Shown here piece after piece: positions 1 to 12,645 of a DNA stretch of 64,000 nt. Source of the stretch: Ginglymostoma cirratum (taxonomy: Eukaryota); NCBI GenBank assembly GCA_024137785.1, contig JAHRHZ010000263.1, positions 43,732,721-43,796,720 of the forward strand, read 5' to 3'. The position numbers and the translations under genes were made by a program. How positions within the stretch are numbered: the first letter of the stretch is position 1; each line of letters begins with the position of its first letter. Under the pieces are notes generated by a model. That model ran no database searches. It had not been told where the DNA came from and was given only the letters and a program-made list of their open reading frames with translations.

Positions 1-113
1 AAGGGAATCAAGGGTTATAAAGGAAAAGGGAATGGCAGGAAGGTGGCTTCACCTAGAGGCTGGCAGGAATCTGGAACTCACTGCCTGTAAAGGTGGTAGA
101 GGCAGAAACCTTC

Positions 114-2763
114 GAAGAAGGGGATGGTCACTCTGTTGGGACTGTAGTATAGGCCCCATATCGCTAGCGGGTACTAGAGGAGCAAGATGTGTTGAGAGAT
201 TACAGATACCTGTAGGAATAATAGAGTAGTACTAGTTGGAGATTTTACTTTGGCCTGTATTGAGTGGGCCACTCAGTGTAAAATGTCCAGACAGGGTAGA
301 AATTGTCAAACATGTCCAAGAAAGTTTCCTAATTCAATATGTAGAGGTCCCTACTCGGGAGGATGCAACATTGGACCTCCTTTTAGGAAACAAGGTCAGG
401 CAAGTGACTGAAATATCTGTCCAAGTGCACTTTGGGTCCAGTGACCATAACTTCCTTAGTTTTAACATAACTATGGGAAGAGATAGGACAAGTCCACAGG
501 TGAAGGTGCTAAACTGGAGCAGGGCCAATTTTGGAGCCACTAGGCAGGATCTAGCATAGGCCAAATGGGTGAATCGGTTTGAAGGAAAAGGAATGACCGG
601 CAAGTGGGAGGCTTTTAAAAGTGTGATATCAAGAATCTAGGGATAGTATGTCCCCGTGACGGTGAAGGGAAAAGCTGGCAGATTTAGGGATTGCTGGCTG
701 ACAATGGATATTGAGGCTCTGGTCGGGAAAAAGAAGGCAGCATACATTGGGTTTAAGCTAAAGTTAAAATCGGGCTCAAGTGAATCCCTAGAGGACTATA
801 AAAAAAGTGTAGGAGCACACACAAGAGGGAAATCAGATGAGCAAAAGGAGGGTATGAGATGGATCTGGCAGATAAGGTCAAAGCTAAATCCAAGAGGTTC
901 TATAGCTATATAAGAGTACGAGGGTGGCTAGGGAGAGAATAGGTCCCATTAAAGTTCAACACAGCCGTCTATGTGTGGAGCCGCAGGAGATTTTTAATGA
1001 ATGTGTTTCCTCAGAATCTTGGCTGCTAAGGAAATAAGGGAAACAAGTGGGGATGCTTTGGACCACATACATATTACCAGAGGGGAGGTGTTTGCAGCCT
1101 TAAAACGCATTAAGATCGATAAATCCCCTAGACTTGATCAAGTCCATCCTCAGACGTTGTGGGAGGATAGGCAAGAGATTGCAGAGGCCCTTGCAGAGAT
1201 TTTTGCTTCATCTTCAGAAACTGGTGAAGTTCTGGAAGACTGGAGGGTGGCTAATGTTGTTCCATTGTTAAACAAAGGTAGCAAAGACAAGCCAGTGAGC
1301 CTGACATCAGTGGTAGGCAAGTTATTGGAGAGGATACTGAGAGTCAGGATCAACCCACATTTGAATAGTCAAGGTCTGATTAGGGATAATCAGCATGAAT
1401 TTGTGCGCGGGAAGTCATGTCTGACAAATCTCTTAGTTTTTCAAAGAGGCAACCAACAGGATAGAGGAGGGTAGAGCAGTGGATGTTGTCTATATGGACT
1501 TTAGTAAGCCCTTTGACAAGGTCCCACACGGCAGGCTAATCATGAAGGTAATGTCTTAAGGGATCCAGGGAGAGCTAGCTAACTGGATTCAAAATTGGCT
1601 GGAAGGCCCTGAGGAGTGTTGTGGAACAGAGGAGTACAAGTACATAGTTTGCTGAAAGCAACGTCACAGGTAGACAGGGTGGTGAAGAAGGCATTTAGCA
1701 GGCTGGCCTTCATTGCCACTTCTATACTCAATGCCTCAACCAATGTTATATTACAACTGTATAAGTCATTGGTGAGGTGGCGCTTGGAGTATTGTCTACA
1801 GTTTTGGTCACCCTGTTATAAGAAAGGCATAGTTAAACTGGAAACTGTGCAAAGAAGATTTACGAAGATGGTGCCAGGATTAGTAGGTCTGAGTTATATG
1901 GAGAGGTTGGTTAGGATAGGACTTTATTCCTTGGAACGTAGGAGAATGAGGGGTAACCTTATTGAAGTGTATAAAATCATGGAGGGACACAGGTAGGATG
2001 AATGCTTTTAGTCTTTTTCCCCAGGGATGGGGAATTGAAAACTAGAGGTCATAGGTTTAAAGGTGAGAGGGAAAAGGTTTAAGACGGACCTGACGGGCAA
2101 CTTTTTCAGACAGGGTGGTGGTGCACATATGGAATGGGCTGCCAGTGAAAGTGATTGAGGCAAGTACAATAGCAACATTTAAAAACATTTGGATAGGTAC
2201 ATGGATGGGAAAGGTTGAGAACAGTATAGCACAGTACAGGCCCTTCAGCCCACAATGTTGTGCCAAACTTTTACCCTAATCCTAAGGTCTATCTAACCTC
2301 CACCCCTACCTTATACTATCATCCATATGCCTATCTAGTAGCCGCTTAAATGCCCCGAATGAGGCCGACTCCACTACCCTCTCTGGCAATGCATTCCACG
2401 CCCCAACCACTCTGAGTAAAGAACCTACCTCTCACGACTCCCCTATATCTACCTCCACTCACTTTAAAACTATGCCCCCTCGTAATAGCTACCTCCACTC
2501 TGGGGAATAGCCTCTGGTTGTTCACTCTGTCTATACCTCTGATCATTTTGTACACCTCTATCAAGTCATCTCTCATCCTTCGTAGTTCTAAAGAGAAAAG
2601 CCCTAGCTCTCGCGACCTTTCCTCGTAAGGCCTTCCTTCTGTTTAAGAGGGATATGGATCAAATGCGGGTAATTGGGACTAGCTGAGTGGGCACCATGGT
2701 CAGCATGGACCCGTTTGGGCCAAAGGGCCTGTTTCCATGCTGTTTTATTCTAGGACTCTGACT
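114..2763 (+). mobile_element. CR1 LINE (HER1-like) ORF2 remnant with internal deletion, interrupted near its 3' end
   Basis: Endonuclease motifs PTREDATLDLLLGN and HFGSSDHN; RT-proximal WRVANVVPL..K and VSLTSVVGKLLE; C-terminal LYKSLVR..LEYC.QFWSP and LERRRMRGNLIEVYKIM. Stops and frameshifts. 3' tail resumes at 2641-2763. Confidence 0.92.
2217..2640 (-). mobile_element. CR1 3' fragment inserted antisense in the preceding CR1
   Basis: Minus-strand MRDDLIEVYKMIRGIDRV..QRLFP...TRGHSFKV plus CR1 3' UTR. Host sequence GGGAAAGGTT / GTTTAAGAGGGATATGG is split around it. Confidence 0.9.
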
Positions 2764-3417
2764 TAAATGCGGCGTGAGGCAAAATGCTAGCTTCCTGCTG
2801 GCAAAATGAAAAATTGGGAACAAGTTGGAAGGGATTGCAGCTCCCAATGACAAACAATGGAAAGCTATTTTTCATGCATTAACCTGACATGCACGCTCAC
2901 TAAAACTTAGCTTTTTCTGCCTTTAGGATTAAGTTGCCAGCGTATTAAAAACAGGTGCCTTCAGATTCATGACTGGCATGCAGCTGGCAAGCTCATTTTC
3001 CTCATGGATTTGCCATGAGTAGCAGCTGCTTTTCTAGTCTGGGAACCTGTTCAATGAGGGGAGAGAAGGCAGAGCTGCTGTGTTGAGTTCAGTTGGTGAT
3101 TGTTCTGCAAAGTTGGGGAAGGGAGGTTGGATCATGGAGGTCCTCAGAGGCGTTGTGGGGGTTGGGGGGATAGAAACACAGAGCGAGAGCGAGAGCAACC
3201 TCAATGACAGAAGGATTACTGACGAAGGCAGCACAAACATAAAACAGGGAATATCGGGGGTCTTGGGATCAGGTCAAAAAAGTAGAACTGGGAGAGAGTC
3301 AAGAGGATAAGCAAGGACAGGTCAATGGAGGGTTGAGCTTGATGTTGGGAGTGAGCTTGACAATGACAGGGTTGAAGCTGTTTGGAACACACCACCGCAG
3401 AAAGATTCCACCCATTG

Positions 3418-3600
3418 TCTGGTCATTTATTTCACTGTTGTTTGTTGGAGCTCACTGTGTGCAAATTAGCTGCTGTGTTTTGTATGTCACAACAATAACT
3501 ACAGTGCAAAAAAAAAACACTGTACTTCACTGGCTGCCAAGCACTTTGGGGCATCATGAGCTCCTGAAAAGTACTACTAGACCTACAAACTCTTTCTTTA
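3418..3600 (+). mobile_element. DeuSINE (SacSINE1/AmnSINE-like) 3' part
   Basis: Deu-domain-like CTGTGTGCAAATTAGCTGCTGTGTTT...ACAACA..ACTAC...GTACTTCACTGGCTG..AAGCACTTTGGG. Confidence 0.7.
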
Positions 3601-3614
3601 CAGTACGGTACAGG

Positions 3615-4260
3615 TGTGCACTAAGATCAGAAGACACCGGAGCAAAAGCAGCCTATTGACTCTGCTCTGTCATTCAATGAGAGTGTGGCTGATCTGAAAA
3701 CCCTCAATTTCACTTTCCTGCCTTTTTCTGACAATCCCGGATTCTCTTACCGATTAAAAACCTCAGCCTCCCATATACTAAATGACCCTGTCAATTCCCC
3801 CAACAATCTTGTATGTTTCAACAGGGTTGCATTTCATTCTTCTATATTACTATGAGTACATGCCTAATCTACTCAACCTCTCCTCATATGATTGCTTCTA
3901 TACCTGACGTTAGCCTAGTGAACCTTCTCTGGATTGTCTCCAATGCCAGTATATCTTTCCTTAATTTATGAGTCGACAGTATACCAGCTGTGGTTTTGTA
4001 TAGCTTTAGCAAGACCTTCCATGTTTTTATATTCCATTCCCTTCAAACTCAAGGTCAACATTCCACATGCCTTCCTTTATTAACTGCTGAACTTGAGGAT
4101 TCTAGCTTTGTGCGATTCATGATGGGGACTCCCAAATTCCACTGTCCAATGGCTTTCTGCAGCTTTTCTCCTTCCAAATAATATTCAGTTTCTCTATTCT
4201 TCCTGCCAACGTGCATAATCATATTTACCCACATTATATTACCCACTCACATAGCTTGTT
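3615..4260 (-). mobile_element. Old CR1 3' fragment
   Basis: Minus-strand MHVGRKNRETEYYLEGEKLQ..NLGV and CR1-type 3' UTR. Confidence 0.75.
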
Positions 4261-6004
4261 GATATTCCTCTTCTTACCAGTACAGATCTGTGATGCCCCA
4301 TTTGGGAGCTTGTGGTATGAGCTACTCTTATGGAGAAAGGCCACCAAGGAGAAGGATGTGTGGGAAGGAGCTGGAAATGGAAACTATGACAGCGGGGCTC
4401 CCAGTCACCACATGCCTCTGTTTTCTCGCACTGCCACTTCAAAAAGGCAGCATTTGTATGAATCACACAGTCTGTAGACGACAGAGTGCACACATACAAA
4501 GGGAAAGCCAGTGTGATTGGTAAGCTATAGATTGGAGCAGCTGGTCTCAAACATGGAATATGCATTTCGAAAAGTGCTCGAGATTTTTAAGATTTTTGAA
4601 TAAATCTAATGCATTTAATTCAAAGTCATTCTCACTGCAGAGCAAAAATAAGGAGGCTGACTCCTTGTGTCAAGCGCCCCCCTGCCCACCCCATCAGACC
4701 TGGTGATGACCCCATCTCACACCTGTTCCCTGTGCCAGCATTCCCTTTCCTGACTCTCGGCACAGGCCTGCTCTGCTCCCACTCCTGGCAATATCTTTTT
4801 TCCCGGCTTCTGCAGAGGAGGGGAGGGGAAGCTGCATTCGTCAGCTGCCAGCCCCCTCCCTCCCCAGTCTCTGTCAGTGGTGAAAATGCAGATGTCTCCT
4901 CAGCTGATGTCACAAATCGAGTTAGGGCAGGTGTGGGTTACATTTTGGTACCATGCATAATCACTCCATTTCAGTGAAGCAAAAATCAGCATATACGAGG
5001 ACTGGTTCATCTGCCCAGCTTTGATTAATCAACAAATGAGCTAAATCACAGGATCATGAGGGTGGGGATTGTTAATTAAGCAACAAGCCATTTAGGAGTA
5101 GGATTTGTCACAGTCACCAGTGACTTCTTTTGGGGCCATGTACCAAGCCTTTGACTCGATTCCTTCTAATTTTATTTGACCAGATTTTTGGGCCCAATTC
5201 CTTTGGTTGAAAAGTACTAAGGTTTATGGAGTATTCTCTTCTATTTAAACAGCCTCAGCAACAGAATGCCCCAAAGTTAGTACAAGAAGCAGAGTCTGGG
5301 TATCATCAACAGCAATGTCCATCCCCACAACTGTGATGATTTTATATGGGATAAAAGTTTCATATACCATTTGTACATTATTCATGCTACATTAGCTGTA
5401 CTGATGTAAGCCACTTAAAATTAGAATGCTGAAAATATTCTACTGTGGTCTAGTTCACCATTTCTAGTGAGGGGAAGAGGAGGGTAATGGTGGAAATTAG
5501 GTAGAAGCAGCAATTAACCACATGACACAGTGGAGAAAGGGAAACTCATTGCAGCTTCAAGCCCACGAGAATGCCTACTCCTGGTCTGGGATGAGTCAAT
5601 CAACATCATGTGTATGCTCAGGCTCTCTACTAACCTTAAAAGGACCTTTATAAACTCCTGGTCACAGGCACATTGGTGTGTGGTCCTTACAACTATTAAC
5701 GTGCTTCATGTACAACAGGTTATAAACAACTCCAAGTCACATTTTCCATCCAAATGCTGATTGCAGTTGAGAGTAGTGAGCTGCTGTTTGCTTTAATCAA
5801 GGACCAAAACCTAGTTCAATCGTGCAAATGCAAACCTATTACAGGATTACTAAAAATGTGTTCGATGACAACACTGCAAAAATGTTCACCGTCTTTAGTT
5901 GACAACTTGGCTGACTCATAGCAAAGAGACTGAAGTCTGTTCCAAATTTCACTGTTTAGAACCACATGATTTGAATCAATGTGGATGGTAACTCTTGGAT
6001 ATGG

Positions 6005-6570
6005 AAATATAGTTCTTATCTTGCTGGACTAGTAATCCAAAGGTTAGCCAAATGAACCAGAAACACGAGTTCAAATCCAACCATAGCATCTGGGAAATTT
6101 AAAGTTAATCAATTATGGTGAACATAAAACCACTAGTTTGCCAGGAGATAATGACCAAGCAGTATTATCGTTAGACTACGAATCTAGAAACTCAGCTGAC
6201 CCTCTGAGGATCTGGGTTCAAATCTCACCATGGCAGATGGTGGAAGTTGTATCCAAATAAAAAAGGGATTTGAAATTAAGAGTCTAATCATGAAATCATG
6301 AAATCATGAAATCATGAATCAAACTGTTGTCAATTGTCAGAAAAAGCCATCCAGTTCAGTAATGTCCTTCAGTTGGCTGTCCTTTTCTAGTCTGGCCTAT
6401 TCGTAACTCCACAGCCACAGCAACAGCAATGTGGTTGACTCTGAGCTGTCCTCTGTGCACTTAGGGGTGGGCAGTAAGTGCTGGCCTACCTAGTGATACC
6501 CACATCCTGTGAATGAATAACCAAAAAAAAAAGCCATCTGGTTCACTAATGTACTTCAGGGATGTGAAAG
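6005..6570 (+). mobile_element. tRNA-head SINE with a second copy (about 6160-6530) nested in it; tail shared with the CR1-like LINE at 30112
   Basis: Two heads (GGACTAGTAATCC...GTTCAAATCC; CTGGGTTCAAATCTCACCATGGCAGATGG). Tail GGGCAGTAAGTGCTGGCC...CCCACATCCTGTGAATGAATAA-polyA. Internal (AATCATGA)x4 at 6286-6320. Confidence 0.75.
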
Positions 6571-6577
6571 TTATATA

Positions 6578-6786
6578 CAGTTGGTGCTGCAAAACATGTG
6601 TTGCTTCAACGCAAATTGGCTTTGACGTGTTTGAAGCATTTAGACCAATATTTGTAGAATGCAAACTTTCCTGACTGATATTGGCTATAACGTGATTCCG
6701 GCCCCATTCATTTAAGTGGCGTGGCTATTGCACAATTTTCCTACAAACGTGAGAATGGAACTATCACATTACATCAGAACCAACTG
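6578..6786. mobile_element. Tc1/mariner-pogo type MITE
   Basis: Terminal inverted repeats TA-CAGTTGGT(G)CTG ... CAGAACCAACTG, about 210 bp, non-coding. Confidence 0.55.
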
Positions 6787-6899
6787 GACATTGTGCAGAA
6801 TAACAGCACAGAAATAAGCCATTAAATCCAACAGAACTAGTTTTCATACTAATGCCTGTAAATCATACTGCTCTCTGTAAATGATAATTTATTTAATGT

Positions 6900-7265
6900 G
6901 GGATCATAAAATCATAAGAAAGCGATATAGAATTAGGCCTCTCAGCCCCTCAAGCCATCCTCACCATTCTACAAAATCAGGGCTATCTGCCCCACACCAA
7001 CTCCTCATAGCCATTAACTCCGATATTTCCAAAAATCTCTCCCCTCTAAATACATTCAGTGATCTAGCCTCCACAGCACTCCGTGGTACAGAATTCCAGA
7101 CACTCCCTACCCTCTAGGAGAAGAAATTCCTTTGGTGGCTCCTCATTCCGTAAATATTTTGAGATCCTGCCACCAGAGAAAACGTCTGAACATACAGTAT
7201 TCTGTCAGAATCTTGTTTGTTTCAATAAGATCACTGCTAATTCTTCTAAACTGTCACGAATAAAG
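6900..7265 (-). mobile_element. CR1 3' fragment
   Basis: Reverse complement of the CR1 3' end (CCTCCACAGCACTCCGTGGTACAGAATTCCA...AAGAAATTCCT). Confidence 0.7.
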
Positions 7266-7267
7266 GC

Positions 7268-7868
7268 CGAGATAACAAGGTGTGGGGCTGGATGAACACA
7301 GCAGGCCAAGCAGCATCGTAGGAGCAGGAAAACTTGACGTTTCGGGCCTAGACCCTTCATCAGAAAATTTTCTGAGNNNNNNNNNNNNNNNNNNNNNNNN
7401 NNNNNNNNNNNNNNNNNNNNNNNNNNNNNNNNNNNNNNNNNNNNNNNNNNNNNNNNNNNNNNNNNNNNNNNNNNNNNNNNNNNNNNNNNNNNNNNNNNNN
7501 NNNNNNNNNNNNNNNNNNNNNNNNNNNNNNNNNNNNNNNNNNNNNNNNNNNNNNNNNNNNNNNNNNNNNNNNNNNNNNNNNNNNNNNNNNNNNNNNNNNN
7601 NNNNNNNNNNNNNNNNNNNNNNNNNNNNNNNNNNNNNNNNNNNNNNNNNNNNNNNNNNNNNNNNNNNNNNNNNNNNNNNNNNNNNNNNNNNNNNNNNNNN
7701 NNNNNNNNNNNNNNNNNNNNNNNNNNNNNNNNNNNNNNNNNNNNNNNNNNNNNNNNNNNNNNNNNNNNNNNNNNNNCTGCTCCTATGATGCTGCTTGACC
7801 TGCTGTGTTCATCCAGCCCCGTGCTTGTTATCTCGGATTCTCCAGCATCTGCAGTACCTTTTATCCCC
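7268..7868. mobile_element. Penelope-like pLTR fragments in inverted orientation flanking a 400-N gap
   Basis: Left GAGATAACAAGG...GACGTTTCGGGCCTAGACCCTTCATCAGAAA; right CTGCTCCTATGATGCTGC...TTGTTATCTCGGATTCTCCAGCATCTGCAG. Gap 7377-7776. Confidence 0.8.
7334..7366 (-). ncRNA. Minimal hammerhead ribozyme motif (PLE type)
   Basis: Minus strand reads CUGAUGA-AGGGUCUAGGCCC-GAAAC-GUC: both conserved core boxes, stem II hairpin and GUC triplet. Confidence 0.65.
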
Positions 7869-9454
7869 AACAGGGATACTGCTGCTCACATTCAAATAGT
7901 TGTGAATACTTCGCATCCATCTGGTGCGGGTTGCAAACTGGTTTAAAATGCCTTCTCCAGACAATGTCAGCTTGGTATTATTGTCCTCAAGTTTCAAATG
8001 AGATTTTACGCTCAAGGTTGGAACGCAAAAGTTTTGCAAGAACTCCAGTTGGCTGAAGCTTTGTTCTATTCTTCACCTGTATGATTTATTACAGCCTATC
8101 TCATTAAAAAGAGATAAACAGCAACTGTGGGTGGAAATAATGATGTTTTAGATCCTTAGGCACTTCTTCAGTCTTTGTTGGGTGTCAATATCCACAGTTA
8201 TGAGATTAGACTGATATTTCAAAGGGACTACCTTTTGGATGAAATTGTTGCCATTCCATTTCTCAGTGGAATAAACTCAAATGTATCTTGAGACATACAG
8301 AAACATTAAAGTTTTTGGAATTCCCTGGGTCTCCTTCTGCTCTCCCCACTATGGAGTCATCTTGTACTGAAGACCGCGTCCACCTGTGGTGTATGCCATA
8401 ATTTATGTGACAGTGACCAGCCGGTCATAAACTGGACTCGCTCAGTTCTTCACACAGATGCACAACCAGCTTTCTAGACAACATTCAGGAAAACCAGGCT
8501 CATGGCTCATCTGAATTGGCAGTGTCACACCACTTGATGTAATGCAGATATCATGTGCAATGCCTCCATTTTTTCTGGAGGTGAAGCTGTAGCAAATCCA
8601 CACTTGCAGTCATAGAGTCATGCAGTATAGAAACATACCCTTTGGTCCAACTAGTCCACACTGACCATGTTCCCAAACTGAACTAGTCCCTGTTGCCTGC
8701 ATTTGGCCCACATCACAAGTTGAGCAGAGAACACTACTGAATTATAGGCTTTCAGATGAACCATCAAGCCAAAGCCAAACGTTTTAATGCTATGCAGGTG
8801 AAAGAGTTCAAAAATCACTCTGCATTAAAACTAACCATTTCTAACACGGATTGCTGTTACAGATTGCCAGCTAATGCAGAATTTTGCTGATGTTGCTGAC
8901 CCAACTATGGGGCAGAATTGAAATATTAGAGGTTTTTGAGTGCCTTAAGTGGTGTACTGGAGACTAAGTTGAAGATCAACGGAGCAATAGTGGCATCAAA
9001 TCTCGGAAAGTCATACAATGCAGATATGTTCAAGGTGCTACAGGGTTGGTGTGATTGGGGCATATCTAGAAAATTCCATGTGTTAACCAGAGAATGTGGA
9101 CTCATTTTCACCTGAGCAAGAAGTCACAACTTGAGTAGCTTCCCAGTATTTGGGCCACATTAAAAATTGCCAATGATGGAAAATGGGGATGGGTAAACCG
9201 TGGCTGGGATCTGCCTGCCATACTCAAGCCCAATTGCATTCATTTAACATAGATGCAAACTGTGAAATCATGTCTCATGCCAAAATCTTGTCAAGGGTTG
9301 GTACAATTCGCATCAACAAACAAATTAGAACTGGGGTAGACCACTCTGTCTCTCTAGCCAGCACCACTCAGGATGTTCAACAAAGAGTCACATCAACAGA
9401 GCTGAAAATAGGCAAGTGTCCCTGGATCGAGCACATTAAAGAAAAGGAGGCAAA

Positions 9455-9670
9455 GACTCAAAGTCTGGAATGCACTGCCATGGGTGGTGGTAGAGGCAGA
9501 TACAATAAAGACACTTAAAGGAACTAATGGATAAACATGAATATGCAAGGAACGGAGGGATATGGACCAAGGGCAGGCAAAAGGGATCAGTTTCATTTGG
9601 CATCATGTTCAGCACAATATCATGGGCCAAAGGGCCTGTCCTTGTGCTGTACAGTTCTATGTTCCATGTC
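9455..9670 (+). mobile_element. CR1 3' end
   Basis: TGGAATGCACTGCC..GGTGGTAGAGGCAGATACAATA...GGGCCAAAGGGCCTGT...GTTCTATGTTC. Confidence 0.75.
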
Positions 9671-9769
9671 AATGAAAAACAACCTCGTGACAGTTAACGT
9701 GCCTGCTAACAAATGGGTGAGAAGGATGTTTAAATTGCCATCTCTCTCACTTTGACAACACACACCAGA

Positions 9770-9880
9770 ACAGCCTTTATTGTCATGTGCACTCGAATAA
9801 GTGCAGTGAAAAGTTTATAATTGCACCACTTTGGTGCCATCTTAAGGACTGGGTACCTAGGTACAGACACTAAGGGTTTG
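9770..9880 (-). mobile_element. Rex1/Babar-like 3' tail (related copy at about 36350-36465, plus strand)
   Basis: Reverse complement of CTTTTCACTG.AC...GTGCACATGACAATAAA; the same motif with GGTACC is at 36360-36460. Confidence 0.45.
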
Positions 9881-12229
9881 CCACAGGATTGAAAGAGTAG
9901 ACAAAAAAATAGTTTAGCATAGGATCAAGGTTTTATAAAGTACTCGACTTACTCAAAGCCCAGAAGAAGAATAAAAGTATCTTTAATAAGTACTCAAATT
10001 ATAGTCTCTTTCACTAAGTCTGTGCCCACCAGGCTTCAGAATGAGGCCTCACTGTCTCCATCTGCTGGCCTCTGGTCCATTGTCCTCCAGGACTCACTTC
10101 CCAGGCTGGTCAGGGCTCCGGCCTGCAACTCAACCCCGAGGACTCGTCTCCCAGGCTGGCCCAGGCTCAGACTGCCTCCCACTCCGGACTGCAGGAATTT
10201 ATATTTGGAAAAAAAAACTCAAAAAGCCACATGATGACTTCAATGAATAACTGACTGTTCAAGCAGACCAGCCAGTGATATGTGAGAAGAACTGTGATCT
10301 GCACATTGGACTCAGTCAGTTGTAAACACCCAGCAGCAACAAAGATTATTTCTGATGATTCAATCATACTTGAAACAAGGGACAACCACACAGTGTGAAC
10401 AGCATAATCCATTTAGCCTCCAAGTCATCCAGAGATTGAAAATAATTCAACTGTCCTCACCACAAAACTCTTGCACCAGCTGACTCTGGGCAGCGTAGCA
10501 GAGGAAGACGGAAAATAGAAAATAGAACAGAAAGGCTTATAGCCATTGATCCCTTTGCTAGTGGGTTTTTTTTTAAAAAAATAATTTGGTTGCATTTTTG
10601 TTCGGTTTTTGATAATGTAATGGCTCAAGTAGCCTTAAAGCACAATCTGCATGTTCTGTTTGCATCTCTGCCCAACTCAGGGTTGAGATGAACAAGTAAT
10701 TGAAATCTGTAAGCTACACTGATGTTAACCATTGAATGTAAAAGATCAATAATGAATATAATGGCAAGTGAATACTATATTGACTGAAGCCGCTGACAAG
10801 AATGTCATCTACTGGATGTGGACAAAGATAACCGGGCCAATAAAAATCAGCTAACTTTAAACAATGCATGATGGCTGGATGTCTGGAGTCAGATGGTCAG
10901 GGATGACCTGTAATTTGAGGCGCAAGAGAAAGATGGTGTTTGGTCTGTTGCTGATGTTGAGAGGACGAGGTTGTCTGCCTAGAGTATATTTACCTAAATG
11001 GTGACTAGAAGAGACTTGACAGTCGCTTGGTCAAGGAGACTTGCGGTCTAAGCACCTGACATCATATGGGCACTGAAATTCAAAAACGAATCTGTTCATG
11101 TTTTTATGAACTACCCTCGAGCTTGGGAGACTATGGTTGCCTGTTGCTTTCTCCCTGATGATAACCCCACCAATGAGAGTCAACTGGCCAACAAAGTATC
11201 CATTTATTCTGTAGTCTATTTTGCTGCACATTTGAAAATTGATTTTCTTGCAATTTGTCCTGAGAAGGGCAAGATGAAAGAAACTTCAAACTATCTCCTT
11301 TCAACAATGTTCAAGTGCTGTGCTAAGTGATTGTAACGATCATTGCTTCTTCACTATCAATGGATCAAAATTCTAAATTCCGATATTCCTCCACAACATG
11401 GACTGCAGCACTTCAAGGCGGCAGTTCACCACTACCTTGGAGAATAATAGATGCTGGTCTTGCCAATTGTACTCCCACCCCTTTAACAAATAAAAATAGT
11501 CATAATTCATTCGTTTGTACTTTATCATTGAGACACTGTATACAGTGAGAGTATGGATTAGTGGTTTCCATGACTCAAACATGGAAGGGCTTCAATAACA
11601 GGTCTGTCAGGCATTCAGTCCATTGAGTCTGCTCCATAATTCAATGGAATCACGGCTGATCTAATAACCCTTAACTTCACTTTCCTGTTTTTGTTTTTAT
11701 AATCACAACCCTTGATTCCCCGTCAGATTGAACATTCGTCTATCTCAGCCTTAAATATATGAGACCATAAACTGCAAGAACAGAAGTAGGCCTTTCAAAA
11801 AGTCCCCTCCCCTGGTATTTCTTTCTTATACATACATAGACACCTTGTTGTCCCAGCTTACATTAGCCTTCCCTGCTACCAATGTCAGAGATTGTATTTG
11901 CACTATTGCGCTGAATGCACCATTATCTTCTTGAGGGCAATTAGCGATGGCAATAAAAGCTGGTCCAACTAGCAAATCCTAAATCTTAAAAGAAAAATTA
12001 AAAAAGACAAATTCAGCTAAGTTATCCAGCTCACTACAAGGCCTCTTCCATTCTTCGTTGCGTTTCGCTGGCAAGTCCAACGGATGTTGTCCCGCCTTAA
12101 TTGCCCCTGAACTAAGTGGCTTGCTAGGCCTTTTCAGAGGACAGTTAAGAGACAGCCATATTGCTGTGGGTCTAGACTCTCACGATGAGACAGCAAGAAC
12201 CCTTTCCCTAAAGAGGGCATTTACTGAAC

Positions 12230-12645
12230 CTTCACAAGCTTCAAAATCTCCCCTCCCCCACCACATCCCAAAACTCGCCCAGCTCGTCCCTGCCTCCCTC
12301 ACCTGTCCTTCCTCCCACCTATCCACTCCTCCCACCTCAAGCTCCACCCCCATCTCCTACCTACTAACCTCATCCCGCCCCCTTGACCAGTCCGTCCTCC
12401 CTACCTCCCCACCTACACTCACCTTTACTGGCTCCATCCCCGCCTCTTGGACCGGTGTCTCCTCTCCACCTATCTTCTCCTCTATCCATCTTCTATCCAC
12501 CTCCCCCTCTCTCCCTATTTATTTCAGAACACCCTTCCCCTCCCCCATTTCTGAAGAAGGGTCTAGGCCCAAAACGCCAGCCTTCCTGCTCCTCTGATGC
12601 TGCTTGGCCTGCTGCGTTCATCCAGCTCTACACCTTGTTATCTCA
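12230..12645 (+). mobile_element. Penelope-like element 3' end with degenerate hammerhead, nested in a SINE
   Basis: TTCACAAGCTTCAAAATCTCCC (end of GIY-YIG ORF), C-rich UTR, CTGAAGAAGGGTCTAGGCCCAAAACG. Flanks CATTTACTGAACC / CATTTAGTGAACC act as TSD. Confidence 0.85.

Noticed and set aside
7205-7870. Long ORFs spanning N runs (also 49460-49879 and 20527-20748)
   Set aside because: Artefacts of translating gaps.
11031-11231. Possible SLC9A7 exon 2 (NRFVFEF resembling KFFEY)
   Set aside because: Surrounding residues do not match NHE7 exon 2 and there are no fitting splice sites.
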